DNA from: Fidelibacterota bacterium
GTDB taxonomy: Bacteria > Fidelibacterota > UBA8477 > JABMPR01
Direction: 5' to 3'
Assembly: GCA_018650795.1 (NCBI GenBank)
Contig: JABIFG010000118.1
Location: 17,731-81,730 of the forward strand
DNA: 64,000 nt
This document shows, piece after piece, positions 59,228 to 64,000 of the stretch. The number at the start of each line of letters is the position of its first letter. Position 1 is the first letter of the stretch. Both the position numbers and the translations under genes were made by a program. The notes below the pieces were generated by a model. It had not been told where the DNA came from. It searched no databases and saw only the letters and a program-made list of their open reading frames with translations.

Positions 59228-61501
59228 ATGAATTTTGACATTGCAGTAGCCGGAAATCCCAACTGCGGTAAAACCACCATTTTTAATGCATTGACTGGAG
59301 CAAAACAGCGAGTCGGAAATTGGCCTGGTGTTACTGTTGAGAAAAAATCAGGACATTACAATTACTCCGACCTCAAATTTGATGTTATTGATCTCCCTGG
59401 AACATATTCCCTGGCTGCTTTCTCTGCTGAGGAAACTGTGGTTCGCCAATATCTGGAAAACGATGAAGCCGATGTAGTTGTAAATATTATTGATGCCTCA
59501 AACCTCGAGCGAAACCTCTTTCTCACCACTCAATTAATTGAATTGGGTAAGCCCCTCGTCATTGTGCTAAATATGATGGATATGGCTCAAGAAAAAGGTT
59601 TGCAGATTGATGCTGATACGCTGGCCACCCTATTAGGAGCACCAGTAGTACCTGTAATTGGACGAACAGGTGAAGGAATAGATCTTCTCAAGGAGAAAAT
59701 TTTTCGTGTAAGCACAGAGGTTTCCAACAAAGCTCGATTAATCGATATCGCCTATCCCCGAGATATTGAAGTAGAAATTGAAAATCTCAGTCAGCTCATT
59801 AGAAAGAATGACATCACGGATAAACACACTAGATGGACCGCCATCAAGTTGTTGGAATCGGATAAGCAAACTCGAGATGAAGTTAGAGCGCATAGCAATG
59901 AGCTTGATATTCTAAATCAAGCCAAAGTCTCCATAGACCGGATTGAGGGATTATTCAAGGACACAGGTCGAGCAGTCCTTTCCCACGCTAGGTATGGATT
60001 TATTCAGGGAGCCCTGCGCGAATGCGTTGTTGAAACTGTTGTAGATTCGGTGGACCATAGTCGCCAGATCGACAGAATACTTACCAATCGCTGGTTGGGT
60101 TTACCCATTTTCGGCCTCTTCATGTGGCTCATGTTCAAACTGACCTACGATCTTGGCTCCATTCCTATGGACTGGATCGATACTGGACTCGTGGCCCTCA
60201 TGAATTTCATTTCCGGCTTACTGCCTGACAGTATGTTTGCCAGCTTATTGGTAGACGGCGTCATTGGTGGTGTTGGAGCCATAGCGGTTTTCTTACCAAA
60301 TATTTTTATACTCTTCTTTATAATCGCAGTGCTGGAGGACACAGGGTATATGGCTCGTGTAGCCTTTATCATGGATCGGATTATGCATAATATTGGGCTT
60401 CATGGCAAAGCCTTTATCCCCATGATCATGGGGTTTGGCTGCAATGTACCTGCGATTATGGGTACCCGCATATTAGAGTCACGTCGTGATCGGATACTCA
60501 CCGTCCTGATCAATCCTTTCATGAGTTGTTCTGCGCGACTTCCAGTTTATGTCCTCGTAGCAGGTGCCTTTTTCCCCGATAATGCAGCTACTGTAATATT
60601 TTCAATGTATATATTGGGTATCGTTGTAGCCATAGCTAGTGGAAAACTTTTCAGCCAAACTATTCTGAAGGGGATGTCCAAACCGTTTGTCCTGGAGTTG
60701 CCACCTTATCAACGTCCTACTTTACGGTCACTAAGCTTGCATACCTGGGAGCGTGGTTATCTTTTTATTCAGAAGATGGGAACCGTCATTCTGGTTGGAT
60801 CTGTCATCATTTGGGTTTTGGGCTACTTCCCAACCGATGTTGAAGTGGACAGGAACTACAGCAGTGAAAAAAATATTTTAGTATCTCACTATGATTCTCA
60901 ATTAGTAGACCTGGAATCAAAATTAAATATGTCCATTGAAAAAGATCGCCTGGAATACCATTCTGAGATGGTCGAGTACGAATCCAGCGCAAGCTATCTA
61001 GAACTTTATCAACAGTTTCAAATATTGAAGGAAGCATTGGCCAGTGAACGGTCCAGGGAGTTGTACAGCCTCCGTCAGCAGGAGATAGGTGATATCACTG
61101 AGCAAAAATGGATCGGACGTGTCGGAAAAGTTTTCGAACCTATCGTGAGACCTCTGGGATTTACTTGGCGGGAAAGTGTGGCATTAATTACGGGTTTTGT
61201 CGCTAAAGAAATTGTGGTTTCTACCTACGGAGTCTTGTTTGGTGTTGGTGAGGATGTCGATGAAGGAAGTCAGGGTGTAATCAGTGGGTTAAGGTCTTCT
61301 GGTATGACTCCTCTTGTAGCCTTAAGCTTCCTTGTCTTTACGCTTCTCTACACACCTTGTTTGGCCACTGTGGCCGCTATTAAGCGCGAAACAGGCACCT
61401 GGGCTTACACCTTCTTTTCCATCGGATATTCTCTGGCCCTGGCCTATACGCTGGCCTTTTTGGTTGCATACTTTGGAGGAAAATTTAATTGGCTCAGTTA
61501 G
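59228..61501 (+). CDS. feoB: Ferrous iron transport protein B
   Basis: N-terminal G-protein domain (AGNPNCGKTT, DLPG), a GDI-like domain, and a gate-containing polytopic membrane domain. 757 aa. Confidence 0.9.
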   Translation: MNFDIAVAGNPNCGKTTIFNALTGAKQRVGNWPGVTVEKKSGHYNYSDLKFDVIDLPGTYSLAAFSAEETVVRQYLENDEADVVVNIIDASNLERNLFLTTQLIELGKPLVIVLNMMDMAQEKGLQIDADTLATLLGAPVVPVIGRTGEGIDLLKEKIFRVSTEVSNKARLIDIAYPRDIEVEIENLSQLIRKNDITDKHTRWTAIKLLESDKQTRDEVRAHSNELDILNQAKVSIDRIEGLFKDTGRAVLSHARYGFIQGALRECVVETVVDSVDHSRQIDRILTNRWLGLPIFGLFMWLMFKLTYDLGSIPMDWIDTGLVALMNFISGLLPDSMFASLLVDGVIGGVGAIAVFLPNIFILFFIIAVLEDTGYMARVAFIMDRIMHNIGLHGKAFIPMIMGFGCNVPAIMGTRILESRRDRILTVLINPFMSCSARLPVYVLVAGAFFPDNAATVIFSMYILGIVVAIASGKLFSQTILKGMSKPFVLELPPYQRPTLRSLSLHTWERGYLFIQKMGTVILVGSVIIWVLGYFPTDVEVDRNYSSEKNILVSHYDSQLVDLESKLNMSIEKDRLEYHSEMVEYESSASYLELYQQFQILKEALASERSRELYSLRQQEIGDITEQKWIGRVGKVFEPIVRPLGFTWRESVALITGFVAKEIVVSTYGVLFGVGEDVDEGSQGVISGLRSSGMTPLVALSFLVFTLLYTPCLATVAAIKRETGTWAYTFFSIGYSLALAYTLAFLVAYFGGKFNWLS

Positions 61502-61680
61502 TTGATATCCTGCTAGTGACAATAAGTGTTGTCATAGCAATCTGGTATACTGCAAAATATTTCTTTAATCTGGGAAAAACACCCAAAAGTGGATCGATTA
61601 GCTGCTCAGGCTGCAATTCTTCCTGCCATACTGATATACCCGACAATCCATCACTGGCATTACTTAAAAAATTCAATTAA
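61489..61680 (+). CDS. FeoB-associated Cys-rich membrane peptide
   Basis: One TM helix then SISCSGCNSSC cysteine cluster. Start overlaps the feoB stop by 13 nt, so translational coupling is likely. Confidence 0.55.
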   Translation: MAQLVDILLVTISVVIAIWYTAKYFFNLGKTPKSGSISCSGCNSSCHTDIPDNPSLALLKKFN

Positions 61681-61691
61681 AACTATACTGA

Positions 61692-62750
61692 TCAGTATTT
61701 TTTTTCACCTAGACCCAGATAGTCATCTATCTGATGGGCAACTTCTTTGATCAATTTCGTGCGTTCTCGATGCTCCAGAAAAGCACTTTTGAACCCGCTG
61801 ATGATGAAGTCCTTAAAATCCAGCATATTGAAATTAAAGGTTTCATGAGCCAACATATATTCATCAACCAGTGTGACCCCACTAATGAGCCTGTTATCAG
61901 TATTCAGACTTAACCTCAACCCATAGTCGTGGTAAAACTTCAGGGGATGATTACTTACTTTGCCAATGCTGCCAGTTTGAGAATTGGAAGTCAGACACAC
62001 TTCGAGACAAATGCGGTGATCATTGATATAATTCATCAGATCACCATCCTCCCTTAACCGGGTTCCGTGTCCAATACGATTTGCTCCACAATAGTGGATG
62101 GCCTGGTGAATGGATTGGGGTCCGTAGGCTTCACCAGCATGGAGCGTCACATTGACATTATTATTTCGAATGAGGTAGAAGGCTTCCAGATGATCCTTAG
62201 CAGGAAAGTTTTCTTCTGCCCCAGCCAGATCATACCCAACCACACCTCTGTACTTATAAGCAATTGCCAGTTCAGCAAGTTCAATGGAGGATTCGATGGA
62301 GAAATTGCGGATTCCACAAATAATGACACCGGTACTTATGTTGAATTCACGTTCAGCTTCACGAAGTCCCTTGATAACTGCATCCAGGGACTCCATGGGG
62401 GTCATACCTTTATCTTTATGCAGAATCGGGGAGTAACGGACTTCAAGATGGCGAACATTTTCGGCTGCCGCATCTTCAGCCAGCTCAAAAGCTACTCGTT
62501 GCAGGGCTTCTGGGGTTTGCAGTACAGCTAGAGTGAACTGGAATTTCTCAATGTATTCTTCCAGACTTTTAACCCGCTTTTGGACTACAACTACTTTTTT
62601 TAGACCATCCACATCCTTGGCGGGCAATTCTATCTTGTCCTTTTGGGCAATATCCAGCATGGTCTCCAAACGTAAGGAGCCATCGAGGTGACAATGGAGC
62701 TCAGGCTTAGGCAGTTCTAACAAAAAATCTCTACGAACTGGTTTCATCAA
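61692..62750 (-). CDS. add: Adenosine deaminase
   Basis: ELHCHLDGSLR, HAGE and SLNTDN metal/catalytic motifs. Confidence 0.85.
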   Translation of the reverse strand: MMKPVRRDFLLELPKPELHCHLDGSLRLETMLDIAQKDKIELPAKDVDGLKKVVVVQKRVKSLEEYIEKFQFTLAVLQTPEALQRVAFELAEDAAAENVRHLEVRYSPILHKDKGMTPMESLDAVIKGLREAEREFNISTGVIICGIRNFSIESSIELAELAIAYKYRGVVGYDLAGAEENFPAKDHLEAFYLIRNNNVNVTLHAGEAYGPQSIHQAIHYCGANRIGHGTRLREDGDLMNYINDHRICLEVCLTSNSQTGSIGKVSNHPLKFYHDYGLRLSLNTDNRLISGVTLVDEYMLAHETFNFNMLDFKDFIISGFKSAFLEHRERTKLIKEVAHQIDDYLGLGEKKY

Positions 62751-64000
62751 TTCTCTCCGACTTCAGTTCTATCGGTTTTTAATGTGGTAATGAACCAGAT
62801 GGCAATGGCAATAATCAAAATGGGTCCTAACCAGTTAAAACCATCATAGGTGGGCCACCAGTCCTTATTTGCTGTGAGGAAAATAGGCAGGGCTACCAGG
62901 ATACCCATAATAGCTTCGCCTGTAATCATACCAGCTGCCAGGAGCAAACCCTTCTTCTTTGTAGAATCAGTTGCACCCATTTTGTCTCCAAAATGAGCTA
63001 ACATTCCACCAATGAAGATAGGAGTTGTCAGGGAAATGGGCAGGTATATACCTACGGCCACGGCCAGGATTGGAATCCTGAAATCAGATCCATTTCGTTC
63101 TTGTCTAACATCCAGAGCAATAATGATCACGCCAATAATGGCACCCATGATCACCATATTCCAGGGTAAATTTCCCTGAAAAACCCCTTCCGCCACGGCT
63201 TTCATCAGGGTCGCCTGAGGTGCTGATAAGGTGGGTGAACCAATCGTGTATGCGGTGTGTAAAATATCGAGAACGACTCCCAGAACTATGGCCGCACTTA
63301 ACACACCAATGACTTGCATAACTTGCTGTTTCCAGGGTGTTGCTCCAACGATGTGTCCTGTTTTTAAATCTTGGAGATTATCACCACCTATTGCAGCTGC
63401 ATTACAAACCACAGCCCCTACCATAATAGCAGCTGCTGCCCCTTGTAGAGAGCCGGCTCCCAGAATGGCGAGAAGCAGGAGAGAGGCGAACAAGACGGTA
63501 GCCACAGTGACGCCGGAGATTGGGTTGTTTGAAGAACCAACCACACCGGCCATATAGGCAGCTACTGCCGAGAAAAAGAATCCAAAAACCATCATAATGA
63601 CAGTGATTAAAATAGCGAGTTGCGGTGTCGGTAGGATATCATTGTATATCATAAAGACTGGAATCATGAGCACGAGCAGGGCAATCCCCACATACTTGAT
63701 AGGAATGTCATTTTCCTCACGCTTCAGAACTTCACCGTTCTTGACAGAACTATAAGCCTTCAGACTTGCCTGAATTCCCACCATGAGAGGCTTGAACAAT
63801 TTGATCAATGACCAGATTCCACCCACAACCATGGCTCCTACGCCAAGGTAGCGTATTTTTGTATCCCAGATAGTATTCGCTGCATCCATTGCATCACCCT
63901 CAAACCCATAAATGGCAGTGTAAATAGGAATGGCTACGAACCAGGATATGACTCCACCGGCAAAAACCAGAATACTGATATTACGACCCACGATATATCC
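62747..64000 (-). CDS. OPT-family oligopeptide transporter-like membrane protein, truncated at the window edge (N-terminus beyond 64000)
   Basis: Polytopic Gly/Ala-rich helices. Open frame continues to the window end. 4-nt overlap with add. Family assignment is tentative. Confidence 0.45.
   Translation of the reverse strand, partial: GYIVGRNISILVFAGGVISWFVAIPIYTAIYGFEGDAMDAANTIWDTKIRYLGVGAMVVGGIWSLIKLFKPLMVGIQASLKAYSSVKNGEVLKREENDIPIKYVGIALLVLMIPVFMIYNDILPTPQLAILITVIMMVFGFFFSAVAAYMAGVVGSSNNPISGVTVATVLFASLLLLAILGAGSLQGAAAAIMVGAVVCNAAAIGGDNLQDLKTGHIVGATPWKQQVMQVIGVLSAAIVLGVVLDILHTAYTIGSPTLSAPQATLMKAVAEGVFQGNLPWNMVIMGAIIGVIIIALDVRQERNGSDFRIPILAVAVGIYLPISLTTPIFIGGMLAHFGDKMGATDSTKKKGLLLAAGMITGEAIMGILVALPIFLTANKDWWPTYDGFNWLGPILIIAIAIWFITTLKTDRTEVGEN

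Noticed and set aside
1-64000. CRISPR arrays, transposases, integrases, toxin-antitoxin pairs, restriction-modification or other defence ATPase/nuclease genes
   Set aside because: I looked for regularly spaced repeats in all intergenic regions over 100 bp, and for DDE/tyrosine-recombinase, PD-(D/E)xK, HNH, STAND/AAA defence-type motifs among the hypotheticals. None were found. The hypotheticals are envelope or metabolic in character.

Overview
This 64 kb window is dense bacterial chromosome, about 42% GC by eye. It is most likely from a Bacteroidota/FCB-group or Marinimicrobia-like marine lineage, judged from the fused lpxC-fabZ gene, the DUF3098-type small membrane protein, the many GT-C glycosyltransferases and the MttB-family methyltransferase. 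Well over 90% is coding, with about 58 genes. The first 9 kb is a syntenic lipid A and envelope block: lpxD (3' fragment), lpxC-fabZ, lpxA, a secreted hypothetical, dxr, rseP, lpxL, tsaC and msbA. It is followed by gtrA, an NfeD-FloA (flotillin) operon, ndk, sucDC and carbamate kinase. An ABC-2 exporter, rpmB, RNase D, RsgA, an orphan MttB-family methyltransferase, DusB and a P-loop/YciH pair come next. Further along are a second membrane GT-C glycosyltransferase, an S9 peptidase, a DAACS symporter, a Spy/CpxP-like chaperone, cysteine desulfurase and pckA. A minus-strand block of three large secreted or lipoprotein genes (43.6-49.3 kb) abuts a GT2-Glf-GT-C glycosylation module (49.4-52.8 kb). 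Next to it lie a B12-binding radical SAM gene, frameshifted at an A7 tract, and a tRNA-Asp(GTC). After that come mltG, uvrD/pcrA, a fur-feoA-feoB-Cys-rich peptide iron module with a candidate Fur box, adenosine deaminase, and a truncated OPT-like transporter at the window edge. I found no CRISPR array, transposase, integrase or recognisable defence ATPase/nuclease. The most unusual content is the lipid-linked (possibly galactofuranose) glycosylation module with the rSAM gene and tRNA-Asp beside it. The tRNA-Asp locus carries a 16-bp duplication of the tRNA 5' end. Several conserved-unknown envelope proteins sit in otherwise housekeeping operons. All calls are from reading translated ORFs and motifs by eye; no database search was run.
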